Positions 1 through 9,494 of a stretch of DNA of 64,000 nucleotides are shown in pieces. The notes under the pieces are model-generated. The model had not been told where the DNA came from and ran no database searches. It worked only from the letters and a program-made list of their open reading frames with translations. The stretch covers positions 1 to 64,000 of IMG/VR virus record IMGVR_UViG_3300029448_000020. One strand, written 5' to 3'. The first letter of the stretch is position 1; every line of letters starts with the position of its first letter. This DNA is from an uncultured virus (IMG/VR IMGVR_UViG_3300029448_000020). Taxonomy: Duplodnaviria; Heunggongvirae; Uroviricota; Caudoviricetes; Crassvirales. A program made the translations under genes and the position numbers.

Positions 1-7
1 GGCTGTT

Positions 8-427
8 ATGGATAACCAAATATGCAGAGAACTTATAGATGGTCTTGGTACCGTTGAATACGAAATACCAGGAGTTACTGAAATACATGGAAACATGTGG
101 AAAGGTAAAGCAGATATAGTTAACCATGATGAAAGACTTATAATAGATCTTAAGACAACTAGTGATATTGATAGGTTTAGATGGTCAGCCACTAAGTTTA
201 ACTATGATAGTCAAGCTTATATCTATAGTCGCCTATTTGGTTATGAGATGTTGTTTATGGTAATAGATAAAGAAACATTACAAATAGGTTTGTTCGACTG
301 TTCTCCAGATTTTTATTCTTCTGGAGAAGATAAAGTACGTAAAGCTACTGACGCGTACGAGCTGTTTTATAAGACAGATGATTTTGACAGTAAGCAATAT
401 TTAATAACTAAAACGTTAAAGCTGTAG
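8..427 (+). CDS. PD-(D/E)XK exonuclease (RecE/exonuclease VIII-like), probably 5'-truncated by the window
   Basis: KGKADIV...IIDLKTT...YDSQAYIY motifs; frame is open to the window start; lies upstream of SSB and primase. Confidence 0.75.
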   Translation: MDNQICRELIDGLGTVEYEIPGVTEIHGNMWKGKADIVNHDERLIIDLKTTSDIDRFRWSATKFNYDSQAYIYSRLFGYEMLFMVIDKETLQIGLFDCSPDFYSSGEDKVRKATDAYELFYKTDDFDSKQYLITKTLKL

Positions 428-502
428 ATAATATGCGGCGAAATACTAGTGCTACAAAAGAGCAATTAACAAGAATGTTTAATCAAATAAGTAAATATTA
501 AT

Positions 503-811
503 ATGGCAAGTATAATAAAAACTTCTATAAATCTTTCTGAAATACCGAAAGATAAAATATTTGTAGGGAAGAAAGGTAAGTACCTACCAATAACAATAAC
601 ACTGAACGATGAGGTCGATCAATTCGGAAATCAAGGTCCAGTTGTTGTTGAGCAAACTAAAGACGAAAGAGACGCTAAGGTGGCTAAAACGTATTTAGGT
701 AATGCTAAAGTAGTTTGGACAAATGGAGACAATGTTGCTCCTGCTCCAAGAGATAATCAACCAGCGGCAGCAGCACCAGCGCCTGCACAACCTGAAGATC
801 TACCATTTTAA
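503..811 (+). CDS. ssb: single-stranded DNA-binding protein
   Basis: Small beta-rich protein with a Pro/Ala linker and an acidic EDLPF C-terminal tail; sits between exonuclease and primase-helicase. Confidence 0.7.
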   Translation: MASIIKTSINLSEIPKDKIFVGKKGKYLPITITLNDEVDQFGNQGPVVVEQTKDERDAKVAKTYLGNAKVVWTNGDNVAPAPRDNQPAAAAPAPAQPEDLPF

Positions 812-2532
812 TGAATATTGAGAATACAGAGATCAATGGATTCTTGATTGATAAGTTCAATCAGTACAGTCTAAAACCTGGAAGTACTCAGGGCATTTGC
901 CCTTTGTGCTCTCATACTAGACAACCTAAAAATAGGAAGCTACAATGTGCTTCTTATGATTGGGAACGTGGTCTCGGTACTTGTCATAACTGTGATACTA
1001 GTTTTCAATTACACACTTACCAACGTAAGGGTAATGCAACTAGAGAATATGTAAAACCAATACCGGTTGAAGTATTCAAACCAGTTAAAGACAAGGCTGT
1101 TGAATGGTTTAAAACTAGAGGTATATCTCAACAAACGTTAGACGATTTATACGTTACAACGGGTGATGAGTTTATGCCTCAAACAGGACAGAAAGAAAAT
1201 ACTATACAATTTAATTATATTATGGGTGATGAACTTATTAATGTAAAGTATAGAGATGGCCGAAAGAATTTTAAACTATACAAAGGTGCTGAAAAGATAT
1301 TCTACAATATTAACAGTATTGTAGGATATGACTGGTGCGTTATCACTGAAGGTGAAATGGATGCTTTAGCATTACACGAAGCTGGAATTAAAAATGTGAT
1401 ATCAGTTCCTAACGGTGCCACGTTAAACAGCAATAATCTAGATTATCTAGATAATTGTATTGATTATTTTGAAGACAAGGAAAAAATTATATTAGCAGTC
1501 GATGCTGATGAGGCTGGTCAAGCTTTAAGATATGAGTTTATTAGACGTCTTGGTGCTGAAGTTTGTTATTTAGTAGACTTTAACGGCAATAAAGACCCTA
1601 ATGACTTCTTAATAGAACATGGAGCAGAAGAACTTAGAAAGATAATAACCACTGCAACACAAGTTCCGTTAGAAGGTGTTTCAACTCTTAAAGATATTGA
1701 AGCTGAATTATTAGATTTTGTACACAATGGTTTCAAACCTGGCTTTCAGGTTGGTTTAGAGAATTTTGATAGAATATTTTCTACATATACTTCACAGTTT
1801 ATAACTGTTACAGGTATACCATCATCAGGTAAATCAGATTTTGTAGACCAAATGTGTATAGGTTACAATAAGAATTATGGTTGGAAGACAGCTTATGCAT
1901 CTCCTGAAAACAAACCTAATTTTCTACATGCTCATAAGCTAATACGTAAAACGTGGGAAGGATTGCCAACCAAGGATGATGTTGGTTCTGATAAGTGGAA
2001 GCAAATTACTAATCATATTAATGATAATTATTTCTTTATTGATATGGATAGATATACACTTGAAGATGTGTTACGTAAAGGCGCTGAGCTTGTAAAACGT
2101 AAAGGTATTAAATGTTTAGTCATTGATCCCTTTAACAAGATTAGAGATGTTGACTGTAAAACTGAAGACGTTAATCGTTATACTATGGAGTATTTAACTA
2201 AGATCGAGACATTTGCTAAAAAGTATGATGTGTTAGTCATGGTTGTAGCTCACCCTACTAAAATGTACAGAGATAAAGAAGGTAAAATGGAAGAACCAAC
2301 GATGTACAGTATTAAAGGTGGTGGTGAATGGTATGATGCTAGTTACCACGGTTTATTAGTTCACAGGGATTATGAAGCTAAAACAGTTAAGGTTAAAGTC
2401 TTAAAAGTTAAGTTTCAAAATCTAGGTGAAAATCAAGCTGAAGCTCATTTTAATTGGGAACCAAAATCAGGTAGTTATATACCGTTAGTAACTGATACAG
2501 CTGAAGTTGGAGCATTACCATGGGAAAGCTAA
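811..2532 (+). CDS. primase-helicase (T7 gp4/Twinkle-like)
   Basis: N-terminal CPLC..CHNC zinc finger, TOPRIM EGEMD and DAD, Walker A GIPSSGKS, VIDP, VAHPTK. Confidence 0.93.
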   Translation: MNIENTEINGFLIDKFNQYSLKPGSTQGICPLCSHTRQPKNRKLQCASYDWERGLGTCHNCDTSFQLHTYQRKGNATREYVKPIPVEVFKPVKDKAVEWFKTRGISQQTLDDLYVTTGDEFMPQTGQKENTIQFNYIMGDELINVKYRDGRKNFKLYKGAEKIFYNINSIVGYDWCVITEGEMDALALHEAGIKNVISVPNGATLNSNNLDYLDNCIDYFEDKEKIILAVDADEAGQALRYEFIRRLGAEVCYLVDFNGNKDPNDFLIEHGAEELRKIITTATQVPLEGVSTLKDIEAELLDFVHNGFKPGFQVGLENFDRIFSTYTSQFITVTGIPSSGKSDFVDQMCIGYNKNYGWKTAYASPENKPNFLHAHKLIRKTWEGLPTKDDVGSDKWKQITNHINDNYFFIDMDRYTLEDVLRKGAELVKRKGIKCLVIDPFNKIRDVDCKTEDVNRYTMEYLTKIETFAKKYDVLVMVVAHPTKMYRDKEGKMEEPTMYSIKGGGEWYDASYHGLLVHRDYEAKTVKVKVLKVKFQNLGENQAEAHFNWEPKSGSYIPLVTDTAEVGALPWES

Positions 2533-2789
2533 AAGCTGCACACGGAACATATCCAAAACATTCTAGACACGATGATGAGTTAAAATCATATAATTGGTGT
2601 ATTGGCAATGGGATAGTAATTGGACCTGTTCCTTTGTGGGGTGATAACTATGGCAAATGGACAGTACAAATCAGAATGAACGGTAAGGTTAATACTGATC
2701 CTGCTAAATATGAAGCAGAAAGCATCATGCACAAAGTGTATGAATACTGTGATTACTATTATAATAAATATAAAAAAGATGAAGAATAA
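2520..2789 (+). CDS. hypothetical protein
   Basis: ORF overlapping both neighbours in the operon. Confidence 0.6.
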   Translation: MGKLKAAHGTYPKHSRHDDELKSYNWCIGNGIVIGPVPLWGDNYGKWTVQIRMNGKVNTDPAKYEAESIMHKVYEYCDYYYNKYKKDEE

Positions 2790-3429
2790 GTTTAAAAATG
2801 CAAATGAAGCTTTTAAGTATTATAAAAAATACATAATAGACAATGGTGTTCAGTTTGATGACACTAGCGCTCTATTTAATGTAGGTTTTTATATACAAAA
2901 CCCAATGGATAATTTAATCAAAGATAAAGATCGTGATTGGAAATGGGATTATGCTGAAGCTGAGTGGCAATGGTATTTGTCTGGCGACAATAACATAGAA
3001 AAGCTAGGTGAATTATATGGTAAAGTACCTGAAATATGGAAACGTATGGCTGATGAAAGTGGCTGTGTTAATTCTAATTATGGTTGGCAATGGGAAAGAA
3101 ATGACCAACTAGATTATGTTGTAGATTTATTAAAGCATAATCCTAAGACTAGACAAGCTGCTATATCTATATACGATCGTAAAGAAGGTTATATGTATGA
3201 TAATGATACACCTTGTACCTATGCTGTACAGTTTACAATCATAGGACAAAAGCTTAATATGTGTGTTACAATGCGTTCTAACGATCTATGGTACGGTTTT
3301 TGTAACGATCAATACTGTTTTTCTAAATTACAGGAATTAGTTGCTATGAAGACAGGTTTGTTAATAGGTAGTTATTATCATTTTGCACACAACTTACATC
3401 TTTACGATAATATAATTGAAAAGCTATGA
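2779..3429 (+). CDS. thymidylate synthase-superfamily enzyme, dCMP hydroxymethylase-like
   Basis: PEIWKRMA..G.VNSNYGW, catalytic PCT, MRSNDLWYGFCND with Asp at the substrate-specificity position as in T4 gp42; likely start ATG 2779. Confidence 0.8.
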   Translation: MKNKFKNANEAFKYYKKYIIDNGVQFDDTSALFNVGFYIQNPMDNLIKDKDRDWKWDYAEAEWQWYLSGDNNIEKLGELYGKVPEIWKRMADESGCVNSNYGWQWERNDQLDYVVDLLKHNPKTRQAAISIYDRKEGYMYDNDTPCTYAVQFTIIGQKLNMCVTMRSNDLWYGFCNDQYCFSKLQELVAMKTGLLIGSYYHFAHNLHLYDNIIEKL

Positions 3430-4232
3430 TAGATAATAAATATGTAATATACCACATACCAGGAAAAAAGATCGGTGTTACAAACGACTTATACAATAGA
3501 GTTGAATGTCAACAAGGTTACGAGGTAGGTGAGTATGAAGTTCTTGAATCATCTGATGATATAGATTATATATCTAAGCGTGAGATAGAGCTTCAAAAAA
3601 GTTATGGTTATAGAGTTGATCTAAAACCATATAATGAACTGAGTGTTAATTTAAAATTAAAAAATATGAAGATAAACGTTACGGAACAAACTACTACGTT
3701 TCCGTGTCCCGTTAACAAGCTAAAAGGTAGGTTAATGGACAATCTTGAAATGCAATGGGAGACTGAGCATGGTCAAGTTTATTTAGATGACGATTTAGCA
3801 ATGTGGATAGAAAAAAATGCTAAGACATCTATGTTTAATAATGATCGATGTTATGTTTATAATAAAGCTATGGCTAGATATTTAGATAATAGAAAAGATC
3901 AATTACCGTTTCCACAAGAACTAGCAACTGATGATGAAGTTGTATTCTATTTCGATATGATTAGAGAGTGGGCAGATAAACGCGGTATATATGACGGTGG
4001 AGATCCTAAAACTCAATATATTAAACTAATGGAAGAAGCTGGTGAAGTTGGTAGAGCTATATTAAAAGAAGATTTACCTGAAATAAAAGATGGTATCGGT
4101 GATATGGTTGTTGTGCTAACTAATTTAGCTGAGCTATGTGGTTTGACAATAGAAGAATGTGTTGAATCAGCTTGGAACGAAATTAGTAATAGAACTGGTA
4201 AAATGAAAAATGGAACATTTGTAAAAGATTAA
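3426..4232 (+). CDS. fusion of GIY-YIG-like N-terminal domain, unknown middle domain and MazG-like NTP pyrophosphohydrolase
   Basis: YVIY..KIGVT..L..R..E pattern; C-terminal KLMEEAGEV...KDGIGDMVVVL. Confidence 0.75.
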   Translation: MIDNKYVIYHIPGKKIGVTNDLYNRVECQQGYEVGEYEVLESSDDIDYISKREIELQKSYGYRVDLKPYNELSVNLKLKNMKINVTEQTTTFPCPVNKLKGRLMDNLEMQWETEHGQVYLDDDLAMWIEKNAKTSMFNNDRCYVYNKAMARYLDNRKDQLPFPQELATDDEVVFYFDMIREWADKRGIYDGGDPKTQYIKLMEEAGEVGRAILKEDLPEIKDGIGDMVVVLTNLAELCGLTIEECVESAWNEISNRTGKMKNGTFVKD

Positions 4233-4233
4233 T

Positions 4234-4518
4234 ATGAGCGATAGAGAAATAATGAATGCTAAGGGTTTTAGCTCTAACGGAGTTGAGTTTAGAGATCCTG
4301 TTGTAAAACGTGTTGTAGATAAGTTTAAAGAGCGTTCAGACGCTGGCTACGCTAAATACGGTACGACTCTTGATGAAGAGAGAACAACAAAAATGAAAGG
4401 TTTAATGAAGTATTTAGTTGATATTCAAGAAGAACTAATGGATGCGATTTTGTATATACAGACCGCTCAAGAAGAACTTAAAGAACAATTATTAAATGAA
4501 ATACAGAAAGAAAGCTAA
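4234..4518 (+). CDS. all-alpha NTP-pyrophosphohydrolase-like phage protein
   Basis: G.AKYGTTLD and QEELMDAILY motifs; nucleotide-metabolism context. Confidence 0.5.
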   Translation: MSDREIMNAKGFSSNGVEFRDPVVKRVVDKFKERSDAGYAKYGTTLDEERTTKMKGLMKYLVDIQEELMDAILYIQTAQEELKEQLLNEIQKES

Positions 4519-4942
4519 AAAAAGAGGACCAGTTAGGTCTAAAAAGGTTATGTGTGACGGCATAACCTTTGCCTCTGGTCTTGAAAAGTATATGTACCTT
4601 GCCTTAAGAAAAGCAAAAATAAAAGCTGATTATGAAGGTGAAACATTTACTTTAATAGATGGTTTTGAATTTGATACTACCAGTTATGAAAGACAATCTA
4701 ACGGTAAAGGAGAGTTTAAAAACAGAGGAGATAAAAAGATATTACCAATACGATATACACCAGACTTTGTTAATAGTAAGTTTATAATAGAGTGTAAAGG
4801 TCGAGCTAACGAAAGTTTTCCAATGAGATGGAAACTGTTTAAGAGAATGATTAATAAACAACGACCGCATGTAACTTTATATAAGCCTCAAAACCAGAAA
4901 GAGTGTGATCGGGTAATAGAGTTAATAACTAAAAATAAATAA
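4496..4942 (+). CDS. endonuclease (T7 endonuclease I/DUF1064-like resolvase)
   Basis: FASGLE, YTPDF and IIECKG PD-(D/E)XK motifs. Confidence 0.8.
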   Translation: MKYRKKAKKRGPVRSKKVMCDGITFASGLEKYMYLALRKAKIKADYEGETFTLIDGFEFDTTSYERQSNGKGEFKNRGDKKILPIRYTPDFVNSKFIIECKGRANESFPMRWKLFKRMINKQRPHVTLYKPQNQKECDRVIELITKNK

Positions 4943-4943
4943 T

Positions 4944-5090
4944 ATGAATTGGGAATTTAGCATAGGGTTTTACCCTGGTATACTTTTTGGAATGAGGACA
5001 TATACCGAACGTAATCAACAAAATCACGTAATATATATACCATTAGTAGATTTTTGTTTAACAACATTTAAAAGTAAGAAGAGAAAATAA
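4944..5090 (+). CDS. small hypothetical protein (48 aa, MNWEFSIGFYPG...)
   Basis: Fills the gap exactly; its TAA overlaps the RNR ATG; translated by hand. Confidence 0.6.
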   Translation: MNWEFSIGFYPGILFGMRTYTERNQQNHVIYIPLVDFCLTTFKSKKRK

Positions 5091-6896
5091 TGAAAGAAAT
5101 TAATAGTAACATTTTATCTGATATCACTGTTCATATGAAATATGCTAAGTATGTTCCTGAGTTAAATCGTAGAGAAACTTGGAATGAATTAGTAGATAGA
5201 AATATAGCAATGCATATTAAGAAATACCCAAAGTTGGAAGTAGAAATAAGAAAAGCATATAGTTATGTATATGCTAAAAAGATTTTACCATCTATGAGAA
5301 GTTTACAATTTGCTGGAAAGCCAATTGAAATATCTCCTAATAGACTATATAATTGTTCTTACCTACCAGTTGATAGCTTAGATGCGTTCAACGAGATAAT
5401 GTTTCTATTGTTATCAGGATGTGGAGTTGGATATTCAGTTCAACAGCACCATATAAAGAAATTACCTTTCGTAATGAAACCGTTTAAAGGAAGATCTAGA
5501 CGCTTTGTTATAGGTGATTCAATTGAAGGCTGGTCTGATGCGGTAAAAGTATTAATTAGATCTTATCTTGGAGAGAAAAGAGCTTCAAGAATAGTATTTG
5601 ATTATACTGACATCAGACCTAAAGGTGCTAGGCTAGTGACATCAGGTGGTAAAGCACCTGGTCCACAGCCTCTGAAAGAATGTTTAATAAAAGTTGAAGG
5701 TATTTTAGAAGCAAAGGAAGATGGATCAGTGTTAACATCATTGGAAGTACATGATATCATATGTCATATAGCTGATGCTGTATTAGCTGGTGGAATTAGA
5801 CGAGCTGCATTAATAAGTTTGTTTACTGCTACTGACGATGATATGATATCTTGTAAGTCCGGTAATTGGTGGGAAACTAATCCACAAAGAGGTAGATCAA
5901 ACAACTCAGCTGTTTTAATGAGACATAAGATAACTAAAGAGTTTTTTATGGATTTATGGAAACGAGTTGAATTATCTGGAGCTGGAGAGCCTGGTATATA
6001 TCTTAATAACGATAAAGATTGGGGAACTAATCCTTGTTGTGAGATAGCACTAAGGCCTTTTCAGTTCTGTAACCTTTGTGAAGTTAATGTATCAGATGTT
6101 AAAGATCAAGATGATTTTAATAACAGAGTTAAAGCTGCAGCGTTCATAGGAACGTTACAAGCTGGATATACTGACTTCCACTATCTTAGAGAAACATGGA
6201 AAGAAACAACAGAGAAAGACGCTCTTATAGGTGTGTCAATGACAGGAATCGGGANNNNNNNNNNCGAAGATCATAGAGATTAATTCATCAGCTAGATGTA
6301 CAACTGTAAAACCTGCAGGGACGACATCTCTGGTCCTCGGAACGTCTTCGGGTATTCATGCTTGGCATAATGATTATTATGTCCGTAGGATGCGCGTAGG
6401 AAAGAATGAGGCTATATACGATTATCTGTTAGCATATCATGATGAATTAATTGAAGATGAATACTTCAGACCTCATGATACAGCTGTTATTTCCATACCA
6501 CAAAAATCACCTCAAGGTTCAATATTAAGAACTGAATCACCATTCGATACGTTAGAAAGAGTTAAGCGTGTTGCACAAGACTGGATACGACCTGGTCATA
6601 GAAAAGGTAGTAATACACACAACGTGTCAGCAACTATATCTTTAAAGGAAAACGAATGGAAAAAAGCAGGGGATTGGATGTGGGAAAATAGAGAATATTA
6701 CAACGGGTTATCTGTACTACCATATGATGGCGGTACATATACTCAAGCTCCGTTTGAGGACATTGACGAAGCGAAATACAATAAAATGTCTAAAGTATTA
6801 TCTAATGTAGATTTAACAAAAGTTATTGAAGCTGAAGATAACACAGATCTATCAGGTGAGTTAGCTTGCGCTGGTGGTGCCTGTGAAATTGTTTAA
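5090..6896 (+). CDS. nrdJ: class II (adenosylcobalamin-dependent) ribonucleotide reductase, interrupted by an assembly gap at 6255-6264
   Basis: YNCSY, GGIRRAA, NPCCEI, TTVKPAGT after the N-run, C-terminal ACAGGACEIV; no small subunit nearby. Confidence 0.88.
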
Positions 6897-6914
6897 TTTA
6901 ATAAAATATATAAT

Positions 6915-7097
6915 ATGAATTTAGAAGAATTAGTAGATTTAATGCAAGATGAAATGCACGATGCACATCAAGAAATAGAAAAGTTTATAGGAGGTAATAA
7001 ATCAGCTGGAACTAGAGCTAGGAAGAGTATGCAGATAATAAAAGAAACCGCACAGAATGTGAGGAAACATATTCAAGAGATTAAGAATAATTCTTAA
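6915..7097 (+). CDS. histone H1-like Hc1 family small protein
   Basis: F..GNKSAGTRARK...AQ.VRK.IQE.KN signature. Confidence 0.7.
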   Translation: MNLEELVDLMQDEMHDAHQEIEKFIGGNKSAGTRARKSMQIIKETAQNVRKHIQEIKNNS

Positions 7098-7103
7098 AAT
7101 AAT

Positions 7104-7133
7104 AAAGGGAGCTTAACGGCTCCCTTTTTTTTT
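7104..7133. terminator. intrinsic terminator, probably bidirectional, between the convergent replication and late blocks
   Basis: AAAGGGAGC-ttaacg-GCTCCCTTT hairpin followed by a T run, with an A-rich flank on the other side. Confidence 0.85.
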
Positions 7134-7482
7134 AAGTATATCTTTTCATTTTCCTATCTATTTGCTTATTTCTTTTTTTATCAGATATTTCAACTCTTCT
7201 AGTTTCTCTCCAACCTGCTCCTGGTTTTGCTTTTTCTACAATTTTATAACCATCTTTGTATATTATTCTTCTACCACGTTGATCTTTTGTTTTAGCTCCA
7301 GACGTAAATACATGGTCCGCTGTACCTTGTTTTTCTGTATAAACATCTTTGTCATAAATTTTTCTAGGCTCTTTGCTGCCTTTAGCCTTTTCTGCGTGTG
7401 ATGGTTGAACTGTGGCATCAGATGTGAAAGGACTCCATCCTTTCATTTTAAAACCTTTTGTGTCTTTTTTAAAATCCGGCAT
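7132..7482 (-). CDS. basic small protein with FKMKGWSPF tag
   Basis: MPDFKKDTKGFKMKGWSPFT; Lys/Arg-rich. Confidence 0.7.
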   Translation of the reverse strand: MPDFKKDTKGFKMKGWSPFTSDATVQPSHAEKAKGSKEPRKIYDKDVYTEKQGTADHVFTSGAKTKDQRGRRIIYKDGYKIVEKAKPGAGWRETRRVEISDKKRNKQIDRKMKRYT

Positions 7483-7486
7483 AATA

Positions 7487-7831
7487 TTATTTCTTTTTAT
7501 TTATAAATGTATATCCTTTTGCTTCTAAGCTTTTTTGAAGAGCTTTGTTTTGTTTAGCTCTATTTTTAGCAATTTTATTAAATACATCAATTGCTTTTTT
7601 ACCTTTTTTTATTCCACCTGGACCAATCGGTATATCTGGAACAGTAGTTTTCATTATATTATATTTTCCATGTTGTTTCTTTTTAAAAGCTTTAAACTCT
7701 TGCAACTTAGATTTAAACTTCTTTATTGGGTTACTCTGCATTGGACTAGCTTCATTAGACATCCCCATTTTTAAAGGACTATCTTTTCTATATTTTGCTA
7801 AACCAGGTAGTATACATTTTCTACTTTTCAT
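7487..7831 (-). CDS. basic small protein (SPL/SPM motifs)
   Basis: Lys-rich ORF in the minus-strand operon. Confidence 0.6.
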   Translation of the reverse strand: MKSRKCILPGLAKYRKDSPLKMGMSNEASPMQSNPIKKFKSKLQEFKAFKKKQHGKYNIMKTTVPDIPIGPGGIKKGKKAIDVFNKIAKNRAKQNKALQKSLEAKGYTFINKKK

Positions 7832-7832
7832 A

Positions 7833-8231
7833 TTATTGAAATTTACTTAATACTATTGTGTCAACTGAGTTTTGTACTGTTTTTTTATCAGCATCAAGTT
7901 GAAACATTATATTGGGATTAAATCTTACTTTTTCTACACCGTTATCAAATATAATGATAGTTGGAATACCTGTTATATTGTATTCAGCTTGAGTATCAGC
8001 GTTAGCCATTATATCTAATCTATATTTTTCACATTCTTTTAGTTTTTCTAAATCTTCAAATTGATTAGCTTGATTCCAATCAGCCCAAAACTCTACAGCA
8101 ACTATATTTTTAGCTATTTTTTCATCAAAATCACCATTAATAAAGGTTTGACTAAATGCTGTACTGCACCCAAAAACAAACAACATCATTAAGACGTATA
8201 TGTAAGTTGAAATCTCTAATTCTTTTTTCAT
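7833..8231 (-). CDS. exported thioredoxin-fold protein lacking CxxC
   Basis: Signal peptide (AFS-Q), VEFWADWNQAN, YNITGIPTIIIFDNG cis-Pro loop. Confidence 0.75.
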   Translation of the reverse strand: MKKELEISTYIYVLMMLFVFGCSTAFSQTFINGDFDEKIAKNIVAVEFWADWNQANQFEDLEKLKECEKYRLDIMANADTQAEYNITGIPTIIIFDNGVEKVRFNPNIMFQLDADKKTVQNSVDTIVLSKFQ

Positions 8232-8572
8232 TTTCTTAAGTATTTTATTTCGTCTTTCATTTCATCTACTTCCTTTATTACCGCATCGATTTTATTTCTA
8301 GCCATTTGATCCTTCATGTTAAACTCCATACGGGTTGGAGGCCAAGTATTAGTGGCCGCTGGATCACCCATGTCAATAGTGTATATACCAGTACCTGGTT
8401 TAGGTAACTCTAAAGCTCTTTGTACTTTTATTTCTAAGTCATCAAACTTAGAATTGATTGTTGCCATTAAACCAAAGTAAGCAGAAACAACTGTAACAAC
8501 AGCTGCAACTATACTAATTAAGGTTTTTACACTAACTTGAAATTTACTGTTTTCTGATAATTCTTTAGTCAT
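8228..8572 (-). CDS. single-TM membrane protein with coiled coil
   Basis: Hydrophobic LISIVAAVVTVVSAYFGLMA segment followed by heptad-like sequence. Confidence 0.6.
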   Translation of the reverse strand: MTKELSENSKFQVSVKTLISIVAAVVTVVSAYFGLMATINSKFDDLEIKVQRALELPKPGTGIYTIDMGDPAATNTWPPTRMEFNMKDQMARNKIDAVIKEVDEMKDEIKYLRK

Positions 8573-9482
8573 TGCTATTATAATAAATTTTACCGTTTTC
8601 TATATATAATCCTTGCCTCACTTTAATTGCCTGCCCTTGTAGATTATATATTACACTATTTTCGCTCGATTTATCCACTACCTCTTGAATACCACTACTA
8701 CATGGTAAGCCAGTATCACAATCAATGTATTCAGTATTTATTATTTCAACGTATTCTATTATTGAATCAATTACTACTATTTCAACATATTCAGTATTAA
8801 CTATTGTATCATACTCAACAATAGTATCAGTAACAAAAAATTCTACGTATTCAATTTCTGTTTCTACAATAGTATCATAAACAATAACCTCAACCTCCTC
8901 TATAACATCTACAAACAAAGTATCTAAAACTTCAGCATATAACGTGTCAGTCACATATATATATTCAGGAACTAATACTTCTACTTCTTCTACTACAGTA
9001 TCAACAACAATCTGTGTTATATATTCAGTATTGTATATCGTGTCAAACTGAACATCAACTATCGTATCAATTACGATGTTTGTAATGAATTCAGTTTCAA
9101 CAATTGTATCAAACTGTATAATTGTTTCATAAACATAAAACGGGACTTCTAATGTGTCTGTTTCATATATATATTCTATTACTGGTACATCAACATAAAT
9201 AGTGTCACAACTTTCTTCTCCATAACTACCACAATCTGCCATTGTAGTTGGTACTGCCTCCGCTTCATCAGAAGCGTCAACACAATCATCCCACCCGTCA
9301 TTCAAATAAAAAAGATCTTGATATCCATTTGGAACACAACCGTTTGGTGAGTACTGTGTCCAGTTCGCTGGATCGTCTCCACAATAAAATCCATTTTGTT
9401 CTACACATTGTTCACATAAACTTAAGTCTTGTGCAAAAGTTAATGAACTTAAAAATATAAATAGTGATAATAGTTTTTTCAT
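8565..9482 (-). CDS. secreted protein with Cys-rich LDLa-like motif, DT(I/L/V) repeat stalk and T9SS-CTD-like end
   Basis: MKK..TFA-Q signal, YLNDGWDDCVDASDE, many DTI/DTL repeats, VIYNLQGQ..GLYIENGK. Confidence 0.7.
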   Translation of the reverse strand: MKKLLSLFIFLSSLTFAQDLSLCEQCVEQNGFYCGDDPANWTQYSPNGCVPNGYQDLFYLNDGWDDCVDASDEAEAVPTTMADCGSYGEESCDTIYVDVPVIEYIYETDTLEVPFYVYETIIQFDTIVETEFITNIVIDTIVDVQFDTIYNTEYITQIVVDTVVEEVEVLVPEYIYVTDTLYAEVLDTLFVDVIEEVEVIVYDTIVETEIEYVEFFVTDTIVEYDTIVNTEYVEIVVIDSIIEYVEIINTEYIDCDTGLPCSSGIQEVVDKSSENSVIYNLQGQAIKVRQGLYIENGKIYYNSND

Positions 9483-9494
9483 AATAATTTTAAT

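Noticed and set aside
404..432. Possible tenth early element (AACTAAAACGT-taaagctgt-AGATAAT) at the exonuclease stop
   Set aside because: TACGA core is mismatched and the spacing is off by one; could be chance in AT-rich DNA, so it was not counted
5090..6896. RNR split into two ORFs (possible intron, intein or frameshift)
   Set aside because: The break coincides with the 10-N assembly gap at 6255-6264; conserved RNR sequence (TTVKPAGT) resumes after it
8700..9210. DT(I/L/V) repeats as a DGR or DNA-level tandem repeat
   Set aside because: Repeats are degenerate at the nucleotide level and protein-driven; no reverse transcriptase or template/variable repeat pair was seen
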